Positions 1-9,142 of a stretch of 64,000 bases of DNA are shown piece after piece. Position 1 is the stretch's first letter; each line of letters opens with the position of its first letter. Source of the stretch: Candidatus Poribacteria bacterium (GTDB lineage: Bacteria > Poribacteria > WGA-4E > WGA-3G); contig CAXXUA010000002.1 of assembly GCA_963663765.2 (NCBI GenBank), forward strand, positions 1 to 64,000, read 5' to 3'. The position numbers and the translations under genes are program-made. Under the pieces are notes generated by a model that did not search any database, had not been told where the DNA came from, and saw nothing but the letters and a program-made list of their open reading frames with translations.

Positions 1-21
1 GAGGTACAAACTTTTGTTCTC

Positions 22-216
22 TTTAGTCCCGTAGTGACGATATGTTTATAGAAAGACGTTATCACCCCTCTCTTGAGTTCCGTAGGAACGACATAGAAGG
101 ATAAACATATCGTCCCTACCAAATCAACGCCAAATGCGCGTATGGCATTTGGCGGGACTAAAAAGGCGTGGGGATATGTATTTTTCTATAAACATTGCGT
201 CACTTCGGGACTGAAA
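22..216. repeat. Cluster of four REP-like palindromic units (GTCCCGTAGxGACGA type) forming a long imperfect inverted repeat
   Basis: tttagtcccgtagtgacgatatgtttatagaaa (22-54) is inverted against tttctataaacattgcgtcacttcgggactgaaa (183-216). Inner units are gttccgtaggaacgac and catatcgtccctac|gggactaaa. Confidence 0.75.
120..153. mobile_element. 34-bp hairpin insert interrupting a REP unit
   Basis: Removing caaatcaacgccaaatgcgcgtatggcatttggc restores cgtccctac-gggactaaa. The insert has a perfect 9-bp stem gccaaatgc/gcatttggc. Confidence 0.6.
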
Positions 217-231
217 AGTATAGCTGATATT

Positions 232-387
232 ATACCAATTCAAATAAATCTTGTCTCATGAAGGAATTCTACTGTTTACTGGCATGGGGTTACTCTCTTC
301 GGTAGGAGCGACCTCCCGGTCGCGACCAGGAGGTCGCTCCTACCAGATCTCTGCAGCTAATGAGACATAATACAATAGAAATGGTAT
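232..387. mobile_element. MITE-like element carrying a REP palindrome (301-344)
   Basis: Imperfect 28-bp terminal inverted repeats ataccaattc...gtctcat / atgagac...gaaatggtat. Internal palindrome ggtaggagcgacctcc...ggaggtcgctcctacc. Confidence 0.55.
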
Positions 388-620
388 TATATGTGATTTT
401 TAATGGATTTTGTAGTTTTTTGGGTGTTTGTTTATTGGGATTTCCAATAGATATCCAATAGATTTGGAGAAAGGTCGTGTCGTACGCGATTCAGAATTGT
501 GGTATGCGCGGATTTGTATGCGGAATTGCAGATTTCTCGGATTACGCGGAACAGAATTTATTTCAATTGGTATGATGTAAAATATTGTCCAAACTATGGT
601 AATTGAAGAATAGTGTATTT

Positions 621-1358
621 TTAGAGAGTGGTGTGTGTTAGCGGTTCCCAACCTAACAATCGTTTTGCTTTTGAGAGATTTATTTCCTTTTGCTCATGGT
701 CTCCAGCAATAAACACAGCGTCAAAACCTTTGTGTTCAACTGAAATAGCTGCGAGATAAGCGCGCGCTAAGTCTTCTTCGTCTGTCCACCAGATATGCAC
801 AGACGCATCCTTAGGTTGATTTCGTCGTTCTAACCATTGCTCTCTTGTTGATGGACCGGTGATACGTAACGCAATTAGGGACATGTCATGTTCTCGTGCA
901 AAGTATTCACATACTTGTTCTCCAAAACTTTTTGTCAAACCGTAAACGCCTGGATTATCTCTTGGTATGACGTCTTCATAAGGGAAGCTATTGCGTGTAC
1001 GTTCATGCACGGTGAAGGTGCTGGTGTAGACACCGTGCTTAATTCCTGCTTCTTTCGCAGCATGGAGAAGGATATGGAGTCCCTTTGCATTGACATCGTA
1101 GTTTGCAATTATGTCTGGGAAATCTGCGACTGATGAACGATCACTTGTTGGACGCAACATCACCATGTAGACAAACGTATCCATCCCTTTCAGTGCTTCT
1201 TGGACAATATCCACATCCGTGACAGAACCTTGGATATAATCAATGGATTCGTCTTTAGGTGGAGATAAATCAAGTACACGAAAATTATGATGTTCTTTCA
1301 TATAAGGGAGTGTCATGGTTCCAACATGACCGGATCCACCTACAAGTAACACGTTCAC
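621..1358 (-). CDS. NAD-dependent epimerase/dehydratase (extended SDR, uronate-dehydrogenase-like)
   Basis: N-terminal GGSGHVG Rossmann motif and YGLTK (YxxxK) catalytic motif; GTG start with GGAGGA RBS. Confidence 0.85.
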   Translation of the reverse strand: MNVLLVGGSGHVGTMTLPYMKEHHNFRVLDLSPPKDESIDYIQGSVTDVDIVQEALKGMDTFVYMVMLRPTSDRSSVADFPDIIANYDVNAKGLHILLHAAKEAGIKHGVYTSTFTVHERTRNSFPYEDVIPRDNPGVYGLTKSFGEQVCEYFAREHDMSLIALRITGPSTREQWLERRNQPKDASVHIWWTDEEDLARAYLAAISVEHKGFDAVFIAGDHEQKEINLSKAKRLLGWEPLTHTTL

Positions 1359-1369
1359 TGTATTTCCTC

Positions 1370-2460
1370 CAGGACTTACGCACTATAATAGATTTGTGCT
1401 ATACTATTCCATTATGATTACATTTACACTTTCCGAAAAGAAACAAAGTTTATATTCAGATTATTGTCAATTTTTGTTATCAAGTTTTACAAACTTTACA
1501 CAAACCTATATGGCAGACCATACTGATAAGTGGAGCCACGATCAAATCAATCGGTTTCTGAGCGGTGAAAACATCCCCGCGAATGAACTTTGGAACTCGG
1601 TCAAAAACGACATTGAGTTTGATGATGATGGCTACATTGTTTTTGACGATGTTGTGCTACCTAAACTCTATGCGAAAGAGATTGAGGTCCTCCGTTCTCA
1701 GTGGAGTGGTAGCGACAAAAAAGTCGTTAAAGGCATTGGTATTGTGACGTGTATCTATGTCAATCCAAAGACAGAAGAGTATTGGATTATTGATTACCGT
1801 ATTTATGACATAGATCATGATGGTAAAACCAAAATAGACCATTTACTGGAAATGTTGCACAACGCTTACTCTAAAAAACAGATACCGTTTCGGACGGTGC
1901 TAATGGATACTTGGTATGCCTCCATGCAAGTTATGAAAGCGATTGAAAAACTTTCTAAGATTTACTACGTGCCCCTGAAACGAAATCGTCTTGTAAACGA
2001 TACGGATGGCGAGCAACCGCACCAACAAGTCCAAGACCTATCTTGGACCCGGACAGAAATCCGGCAAGGGAAAAGCGTGCACATCAAGAAGTTTCCAAAA
2101 GGGTATCAAGTCAAGTTGTTCCGGATAGCCTCCTCTACCGGGCGCACGGAATATATTGTGACAAACGATTTATCTCAATCGGATGCGGATGCGGCACACC
2201 AAGAATGTCGTATACGTTGGAAGATTGAACAACTCCATCGTGAGATCAAACAAGTCACGGGTATTGGCAAATGTCAATGTCGCAAGTTGCGTGCCCAAAG
2301 AAATCATATTGCCTGTTGTTTTCAAATATGGGTCTGTTTGAAACGTGTTGCGCGTAAACTTGGCAAAACAATTTATGAACTTAAACAAAGTTTATTGGAT
2401 GATTATATGCGATATCAACTCTCAAATCCATCGATAATCTTTGAGACTGCGTAAGTCCTG
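1370..2460 (+). mobile_element. Complete IS701-family insertion sequence
   Basis: 13-bp perfect TIRs CAGGACTTACGCA/TGCGTAAGTCCTG; 5-bp direct repeat TCCTC at 1365-1369 and 2461-2465; single DDE transposase ORF. Confidence 0.9.
1414..2454 (+). CDS. IS701-family DDE transposase
   Basis: Motifs SHDQINRFL, IVFDD, VLMDTWY, RWKIEQLHREIKQ and QRNH. ATG 1414 is preferred over the TTG at 1396. Confidence 0.9.
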   Translation: MITFTLSEKKQSLYSDYCQFLLSSFTNFTQTYMADHTDKWSHDQINRFLSGENIPANELWNSVKNDIEFDDDGYIVFDDVVLPKLYAKEIEVLRSQWSGSDKKVVKGIGIVTCIYVNPKTEEYWIIDYRIYDIDHDGKTKIDHLLEMLHNAYSKKQIPFRTVLMDTWYASMQVMKAIEKLSKIYYVPLKRNRLVNDTDGEQPHQQVQDLSWTRTEIRQGKSVHIKKFPKGYQVKLFRIASSTGRTEYIVTNDLSQSDADAAHQECRIRWKIEQLHREIKQVTGIGKCQCRKLRAQRNHIACCFQIWVCLKRVARKLGKTIYELKQSLLDDYMRYQLSNPSIIFETA

Positions 2461-2542
2461 TCCTCAATTTATTTTCGTTTTTCATAACTATTCTGAATGT
2501 CTAAAAAATCGTAAGTTTAAATTATTGCTGTGATAGAGATGT

Positions 2543-4573
2543 TTAAGGTATATTTGAAAAATCCCATATCAATATCGTGCCGTCAGTCCTCCCGCTTACG
2601 AGCGTCTTTCCATCCGGACTGAAGGTTACGCTTGAGACACCACCCGTATGCCCCGTAAGGGTTTTGATGAGTTCACCAGTTTCACCATCCCAAACACGGA
2701 TTTCACCGCTCCAAGTTCCACTACTAAGACGCCCATTCCAATACCAATCTCCACTAACGATAAGGTTTCCATCAGGACTAAATATCACACTTGATACCAC
2801 ATCTTTATGTCCTGTAAGGGTTTTTATCAACTCACCGGTGTTGGCATTCCACAAGCGGATTTCCTCACCCGTACTCGCCACACCTTCATAGCCCCTCCAA
2901 TGTCCACTGCCGCTGGCGATAGTGTTTCCGTTTGGACTGAATACCACACTATTGACTACGGATGTATGACCTTTGAGAGTTTTGATGAGTTTACCGGTAT
3001 TGGCATTCCATAGGCGAATTTCTTGACCAACACACGTACCCGAATCCTCACCCCCTCCCAAATATACTAACCTCCCACTGCCACTGGCGATAGTATTTCC
3101 ATCCGGACTAAAGGCGACAGTGTTGACGTTCTCTATATGTCCTGTGAGTGTTTTTAGAAGTTCACCTGTGCTGGCATTCCATAAGCGGATAATTCTATCG
3201 TTACCCGCACTGGCGATTGTCTCACCGTCCGAGCTGAAAACTACACTGTTCACCGAACTCGCATGTGCCATCAGTGTTTTGACGGGTTTACGTGTTTTGA
3301 CATTCCATAAGCGGATAGTTCTGTCGTCACTTGCACTGGCGATTGTCTCTCCATCTGGACTAAAAACGATGCTGCTTACCAAATCCGTATGTCCTATCAG
3401 CGTTCTGAGGAGTTCGTTAGTATGGGAATCCCATAGATGGATGTTGTTCCCTCCACAACTAACAATCGTGCTTCCATCTGGACTGAAAGCGACACTTCTG
3501 ATTGAACCTATGTCTTTTCCTCTGAATTTATCTTCTGAACCTATGTTTCTCGTAAGACTTTCGAGGAATTGGAAAGTATGAGCATTCCGTATAAATATAC
3601 CCATTTCGCTTACAATCGCACATGTCCTTCCATCTGGACTGAAAACTGCGCTGACTGCATGAATTGGAATGTCTTCAATATATTCACCGGTGTTGACATC
3701 CCATAGGCCAACACCATCCTCTCCAGCACTTATGATCGTTTTTCCGTTTGGACTGAAAGCCACGCTTTTGACAGGCTTCGTATGTCCTTCAAGATATTTG
3801 ATGAATTCACCTGTGTGGGTATTCCATAGGCGGATGGTTCCATTACCACTGCCGCTAGCGATCATATTTCCATCCGGACTAAAAACGACACTGTTGACAT
3901 CGCGACCCTCAAAATCTTCAAAAGCCGTGCGTTTTTTGAGAGTTTTGTGGAGTTCGCCAGTCTGAACATCCCACACGCGGATGTTGCTGTTCCGTTCATC
4001 TCCACTACTAGCGAGAGTCTTCCCATCCGGACTGAAACATAAGCTCAAAGAAGTATACGGACCTCCAAATGATTTGAGCCATTTACCTGTTTGGCTATCC
4101 AATAATGTGATTCCTGGGCACATACCTTCCACACATGCACCACCACTTGCGATTATTTTACCATCTGGACTGAACGCTACACTACTGACCCACTCTTGTA
4201 CGGTTGGAAAACTTTGCATACGTTTGCCTGTTTTAACATCCCACACCAAGATGCCCCCACTGGCATAACCACTAACGATAGTACTTCCATCTGGACTGAA
4301 TGCCACACTACTGACAGGTCCTGTATGTCCCGTAAGGAGTGCCACCTCTTGATACGTTTCCATATCATAAATCCAAATACCAACACTTGCCGCCACTGCT
4401 AAATACTTGCCATTCGGTGAATATGCTATCTCGTTTATAATGCCATTCCCAAGACGTGCTATTGCTCCCTCTGGCAAACTCATACGTGTGGTGTCTGCAG
4501 CGAATGAATTGAATGGAAAGAATATTAAGGAAATATAGAACACTATGAATAAATGGATGATGGTTTTCTTCAC
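2543..4573 (-). CDS. Secreted WD40-repeat beta-propeller protein
   Basis: Many GH...FSPDG...W[DN] repeats, a signal-peptide-like N-terminus and an LPEGAIARLG leader. GTG start at 4573 chosen by RBS (GGAG) and alignment with the paralogue starting at 6840. Confidence 0.9.
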   Translation of the reverse strand: MKKTIIHLFIVFYISLIFFPFNSFAADTTRMSLPEGAIARLGNGIINEIAYSPNGKYLAVAASVGIWIYDMETYQEVALLTGHTGPVSSVAFSPDGSTIVSGYASGGILVWDVKTGKRMQSFPTVQEWVSSVAFSPDGKIIASGGACVEGMCPGITLLDSQTGKWLKSFGGPYTSLSLCFSPDGKTLASSGDERNSNIRVWDVQTGELHKTLKKRTAFEDFEGRDVNSVVFSPDGNMIASGSGNGTIRLWNTHTGEFIKYLEGHTKPVKSVAFSPNGKTIISAGEDGVGLWDVNTGEYIEDIPIHAVSAVFSPDGRTCAIVSEMGIFIRNAHTFQFLESLTRNIGSEDKFRGKDIGSIRSVAFSPDGSTIVSCGGNNIHLWDSHTNELLRTLIGHTDLVSSIVFSPDGETIASASDDRTIRLWNVKTRKPVKTLMAHASSVNSVVFSSDGETIASAGNDRIIRLWNASTGELLKTLTGHIENVNTVAFSPDGNTIASGSGRLVYLGGGEDSGTCVGQEIRLWNANTGKLIKTLKGHTSVVNSVVFSPNGNTIASGSGHWRGYEGVASTGEEIRLWNANTGELIKTLTGHKDVVSSVIFSPDGNLIVSGDWYWNGRLSSGTWSGEIRVWDGETGELIKTLTGHTGGVSSVTFSPDGKTLVSGRTDGTILIWDFSNIP

Positions 4574-4607
4574 AAGATTAAGTCTCCAATACAATATAAA
4601 ATGAGTG

Positions 4608-4670
4608 TTATCCTTTATAGGCGTAGTTACGGTGCTGGATTCGCAGGTCAAAGTTGTCATCTGGATCCCA
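4608..4670 (-). pseudogene. Fragment: last 20 codons plus stop of a PhyH gene (homologous to 6874-6936)
   Basis: Encodes the identical peptide WDPDDNFDLRIQHRNYAYKG* with 5 synonymous nucleotide differences. Confidence 0.9.
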
Positions 4671-4815
4671 CATCCGTAACAGAACCTTGAATGTATTCAA
4701 CGGAAGCGTCTTTAGGTGGAGATAAATCAAGCACACGAAAATTATGATTTTCTTTCATATACGGGAGTGTCATGGTTCCAACATGACCGGATCCGCCTAC
4801 AAGAAGCACGTTCAT
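4668..4815 (-). pseudogene. Fragment: first ~49 codons of the epimerase gene (homologous to 1211-1358)
   Basis: Gap-free alignment with 14 differences in 148 nt; reads MNVLLVGGSGHVGTMTLPYMKENHNF..., fused out of frame to the PhyH fragment, with a stop at 4657-4659. Confidence 0.9.
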
Positions 4816-4903
4816 CGCTTAGTCTCCTGTTTCGTCAATGTTGTGTGGTTTGTTGGAATGATTATCGCACTTTTAGCGACAATATCCACTGTGAGAGGGC
4901 AGG

Positions 4904-6840
4904 TTACCGTGGCAAGGAGAAATCCCATAGCAATATCGTGCCATCTGCTCCGCCACTGGCGATTGTGTTTCCATCTGGACTGAAAGTAACGCTTAAGACC
5001 CCACTTGTATGTCCAGTAAAGGTTTTTATGTTTTCTCCAGTTTGAATGTCCCAGAGATGGATTTCTCCACCATACCCCAGACTATGTACCTCGCCATGCA
5101 CAAGTATGTTTCCATCAGGACTGAGTACCATGCTCGCGACTCCAGTAAACATACGTTCTTTAAATGTTATGTGATCTGTAAGCGTTTTAATGAGGTTACC
5201 AGTGCTTGCATCCCACAAGTAGATTTTTTCAAACATAGATGCTTCCTCGCCTGCACTCCATCCACCAGCAATAATCGTGTTTCCATCTGGAGTATAGACA
5301 ACGCTATTTACTGAATGTATATATTCGGTAAGTGTTTTTTTGTGTTCACCAGTATGTGCATCCCATAGATGGACAACTTTGTCACAGTAAGTTTCATTAC
5401 CACTGGCTATAGTATTTCCATCTGGACTGAAAACTACACTTTTGACGTAACCAGAACTACTTGTAAGGGTACTTCTGTGTTCACCGGAATGAACATCCCA
5501 CAAACGTGTTTGCTTCCAACCGCCATTTGCAATTGTCTTCCCATCTGGATTAAAGGCCATGCTACTAACCGATCCATTGCCTACATTAAGGGTCTTACGG
5601 TGTACATAAGTATGGGCATCCCATAGACGTATGGTATCATCATTACTCCCTGTTGCAATTGTGTTTCCATCTGGACTATAGATCACACTTGTGACACTTT
5701 CGGTATGTCCAGTGAGAGTTTTCATGATTCTTCCTGTCTTAGTATCCCACAAGCGGACAGTATTATTGTGGTTTCCGCTGACAATAGTGTTTCCATCCTG
5801 ACTATAGACCACACTGCTAACCGAATCGGAAAAACCCTCAATCGTTTTCAAAAGTTCCTTCGTATGTGCATCCCACACACGGATACCATCCGAACTCCCA
5901 CTAACGAATGTCCTGCCATCAGGACTAAAAACCGCACTCACAGCAGAAATAGCAATAAATTTGATGGAATCAAGAGTGTTGGTATTCCATACATGCATGC
6001 CATCATCACCAGCACTTATGAGTGTCCTTCCATCTGCACTGAAAACCACACTTTTCACAGGTGCTGTATGTGCAGTAATTGTTTTGAGTAGTAAACCTGT
6101 GTGAGAACTCCAGAGTCGAACAGTTTTGTCATCACTAGCACTCGCAATTAAGTTACCATCTGAACTAAAAACTATACTGTTGATACTTTCAATCTCCTCA
6201 TAACCTGTAAGAGTTTTGATGAGTTCACAAGTGTTGACATTCCAGATAGCAATTCTCTTGTTGTATTTTTCCCCACTCACGAGGGTTTTTCCATCCGGAC
6301 TGAAAGATACGCTCAAAGGAGCTGACGGTCCGCCGAATTCTTTGAGAAGTTTACCAGTGTTGGCATTCCAAAAATTGATTGATGGAGCACTACCTTCTAT
6401 GGCTGCACCACCAATAGCGATTATGTTACCATCAGGAGTTAATGCCACACACTCGACCCAATCTAAACTTCCTGTTAGAGTCTTTTTGTGTGTACAAGTA
6501 TCGGTATCCCATAAATAGACTGCACCATTCTGACTACCACTAATAATGGTCTTGCCATTTGGACTGAAGTCAACACTTTTTATATGACCAGTAGGTCAGT
6601 TAGCAGTACCACCTCTTGATACGTTTCCATATCATAAATCCAAATACCAACACTTGCAGCCACTGCTAAATACTCGCCATTTGGTGAATATGCTATCTCG
6701 TTAATAATGCCTTTCCCAAGACGTGCTATTGCTCCCTCTGGTAAACTCATTCGTGTGGTGTCTGCAGCAAATGAGTTCAATGGAAAGGGCATTAAGAAAA
6801 GAAAAATCACTATGAATAAAAGGATGGTGGTTTTCTTCAT
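4904..6840 (-). pseudogene. WD40-repeat protein with a single frameshift near 6596
   Basis: ORF 6580-6855 (signal peptide plus LPEGAIARLGKG leader) continues after an apparent 1-nt deletion (ACT GA CCT ACT GGT CAT) in the frame of ORF 4904-6448. Could be a sequencing indel. Confidence 0.75.
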
Positions 6841-6873
6841 GAGATAAGCCTCCAATTCAACATAAATTGAGTG

Positions 6874-7743
6874 TTAACCTTTATAAGCGTAGTTGCGGTG
6901 TTGGATTCGCAAGTCAAAGTTGTCATCTGGATCCCACCTTGACATATCAGAAGGCACTTCATAAGTGAACTGCTCTGTATCTGATGGATATGGATTAGTA
7001 CTGCGTTCATGCAGCGCGCGCTGATACATTTTGCACCTTTGCGTCAAGAATTCGGTTTGCCACCATTTATAACGTGTGTTCCATCTCGGTGTACGTTGGT
7101 CGAAATAGATGACTCGGCGGAGTGTCCCACTTGTGTTGATCTTACTGCCGTGCAGGACTTTGGTATGATGCAGCAGAATATCGCCTGGCTCTACTTCTGC
7201 TGGCACAGCATCTGGACGGTCAAAATTCGCCACACCCTTTTCAATCTGTACCTGTGCTTCTTCAATTCCCCAAAGATGACTCTTCGGTATAACCCACACA
7301 CATCCATTGTCTACGGTGGAATTATCAATGTATATATCAACATTGAAGATTGGAAGATTTTCTCGGATTGCATTGCCGTCTCGATGCCATCTAACAGAGG
7401 AACCGTGTTTCGGTAACTTGAAAACAAGGGATTCATAGCACGGAATAAAATCGGGTCCTATGATTCTGTACAACAGGTCTCCAATGAAGGGATGTCCGAG
7501 AAGTCGCAACGAGAATTCATTCGGATGAGAATGCAAATAGGTGAGATAGTAGGGAATACCTTCGGGACCCCGCATACACCATTCATCTGCTGGACCGCCT
7601 GCTAAAATCTCATCAATGAGTCGTTGACTTTCGCCTTGTATGACAGCAAGTTCATCTGGTTGGATAACCTGTTTCAATATGAGGTATCCGTTTTCATTAA
7701 AGAACTGAATTTCGCTGTCAGTGATCTTTTGCATATTTGTCAC
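6874..7743 (-). CDS. Phytanoyl-CoA dioxygenase (PhyH) family Fe(II)/2-oxoglutarate dioxygenase
   Basis: FxENGYL start, WHRD (HxD), DNGC..PKSH, and LHGS..N.....RR motifs. Confidence 0.9.
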   Translation of the reverse strand: MTNMQKITDSEIQFFNENGYLILKQVIQPDELAVIQGESQRLIDEILAGGPADEWCMRGPEGIPYYLTYLHSHPNEFSLRLLGHPFIGDLLYRIIGPDFIPCYESLVFKLPKHGSSVRWHRDGNAIRENLPIFNVDIYIDNSTVDNGCVWVIPKSHLWGIEEAQVQIEKGVANFDRPDAVPAEVEPGDILLHHTKVLHGSKINTSGTLRRVIYFDQRTPRWNTRYKWWQTEFLTQRCKMYQRALHERSTNPYPSDTEQFTYEVPSDMSRWDPDDNFDLRIQHRNYAYKG

Positions 7744-7837
7744 CTTTCATATTAGAATCTACAAACTTAACATTGGTTATGTTCCAAATTTAATAGAAAT
7801 CGTAAGCAGTTTGGCATGCTGCTCACACCAACATTAA

Positions 7838-8593
7838 CTAATTCACTGATTTTATCTTTCCCCAAGTAGTTGTTAATTTGTCCTGTGCTCTTACAGCCAG
7901 TGTTTGTTTCATGTTTTGCTTTACTTCGTTTGCTGTGAGTGCAACACTCCACATTTTGACTTCATCAATGCTACCGTTAAAAAAGTTGCTACCACCCATA
8001 TTTGCACCGATAGACACACCCGCGGTTGCGAAATCCATCTTGATAGCACCACCTGATGCCGTTTCTGCATCTTTCTCGCCATCAATATATAATACTGCTG
8101 TATCCTGATCTTGTGTTACAACCATGTAATACCATTGCGGTTCAAACGCTGTGTATGTGCTTACGACTTGAAATTCCTGAGCTTGTGTTCCAAGATAGCA
8201 ACCATAAACTATTCCACTACGGTTGAACGTCAAATGCGGTCTACCGCCACCTTGTAGACGGTACATTATATCAATTCTACCGCCACCAGCAATCCTTTCT
8301 GTTGGTTTAAACCATAACTCAATCGTCATATCCTCTGGTACAGCCACTCCAAATGCAGGAACAGTAACAGCACCATTATTAAATTCAAGAGCTTGTCCGA
8401 CAACACCTTCAACCCACTCAGCATTTTCAATTGTTCCCTCAAACCCGTTTTCGGAAACATCCTCGGCTGTATTACCATTGCCTTCATCAAAAGGAAAATA
8501 AAATACATAATCATCAGCTGGATTTGCAGTTTTAACAATTGTTGCACATAACACAATAATTATTGTAGTGAATAGACATACTAATTTTTTCAC
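7838..8593 (-). CDS. Secreted LamG/concanavalin-A-like domain protein with Poribacteria-type C-terminal motif
   Basis: Signal peptide, YFPFDEGNG, LYIDG, FFNGSIDEVKMW, and C-terminal LAVRAQDKLTTTWGKIK. Confidence 0.85.
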   Translation of the reverse strand: MKKLVCLFTTIIIVLCATIVKTANPADDYVFYFPFDEGNGNTAEDVSENGFEGTIENAEWVEGVVGQALEFNNGAVTVPAFGVAVPEDMTIELWFKPTERIAGGGRIDIMYRLQGGGRPHLTFNRSGIVYGCYLGTQAQEFQVVSTYTAFEPQWYYMVVTQDQDTAVLYIDGEKDAETASGGAIKMDFATAGVSIGANMGGSNFFNGSIDEVKMWSVALTANEVKQNMKQTLAVRAQDKLTTTWGKIKSVN

Positions 8594-8629
8594 TGTTCAA
8601 AACCTCCAAAAAATAAATGGAATTGCTTT

Positions 8630-8658
8630 ATTCTATACAAATTAGGTTTTTGTGTCAA
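8630..8658 (-). promoter_or_regulatory. sigma-70-type promoter for the LamG gene
   Basis: TTGACA-N17-TAGAAT on the minus strand, 37 nt upstream of the start codon. Confidence 0.6.
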
Positions 8659-8856
8659 TATACAGTTCTGGGTAATTCAATTATCCGATACTTTTTCTTT
8701 TCTACCACACAATGATATATGAAAATGTGAATCTTGCTGTTTTTGCTATATGTCAAATGTTCCTTTTTGTGCAGCAAAAGACATGATTTGCACCTATTGG
8801 TGCAAGTCATTGTTGCTGTGTAAAGTTTTTGCACGAGGTTATCTGAATTGTTGGAA

Positions 8857-9010
8857 TTGTCAGAATCATGGAATACATAGATGACACAGATTACGTATAA
8901 AGCACGACTGAGGCGGTATTGCTTAGTAAAGTCTTATCTCATGAAATGCCATCTAATGCTGATGTCTTATCCGCGAAATCCGCGAAATCCGTGAAATCCG
9001 AGATTCTACC
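8857..9010. repeat. Degenerate short repeat element with 9-bp tandem units (atccgcgaa x3.5)
   Basis: Ends ttgtcagaatc...gagattct; internal atccgcgaaatccgcgaaatccgtgaaatccg. The end resembles that of 44240-44363. Confidence 0.4.
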
Positions 9011-9080
9011 TGCGAAAAACTTTACACACGCAGTCATTGTTGCTGTTCTCTGTATTACAAATATACTGTGTTTCTCAAAT

Positions 9081-9096
9081 TGGCACGCGAATTGCT
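9081..9096 (+). promoter_or_regulatory. sigma-54 (-24/-12) promoter
   Basis: TGGCACGCGAATTGCT matches TGGCAC-N5-TTGCW exactly, 47 nt upstream of the ATG at 9143. Confidence 0.75.
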
Positions 9097-9142
9097 TCCT
9101 ATTACAGACATAATACTCTCTTTTTCTTGGAGGTCAACCGTA

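Noticed and set aside
400-651. 83-aa ORF downstream of the epimerase
   Set aside because: Overlaps low-complexity CGGATT-type repeat remnants; no RBS or recognisable domain.
4574-4660. N-terminal extension of ORF 2543-4660
   Set aside because: The ATG lies inside the PhyH fragment; the RBS and paralogue alignment support GTG 4573.
2577-6518. Many antisense ORFs over WD40 genes (also at 17-31 kb, 35-39 kb and 62-63.6 kb)
   Set aside because: Shadow frames of repetitive WD40 codons (recurrent PLA...PSGL), not independent genes.
7776-7790. 15-bp match gttatgttccaaatt to 51613-51627
   Set aside because: AT-rich, isolated and with no extended homology; treated as chance.
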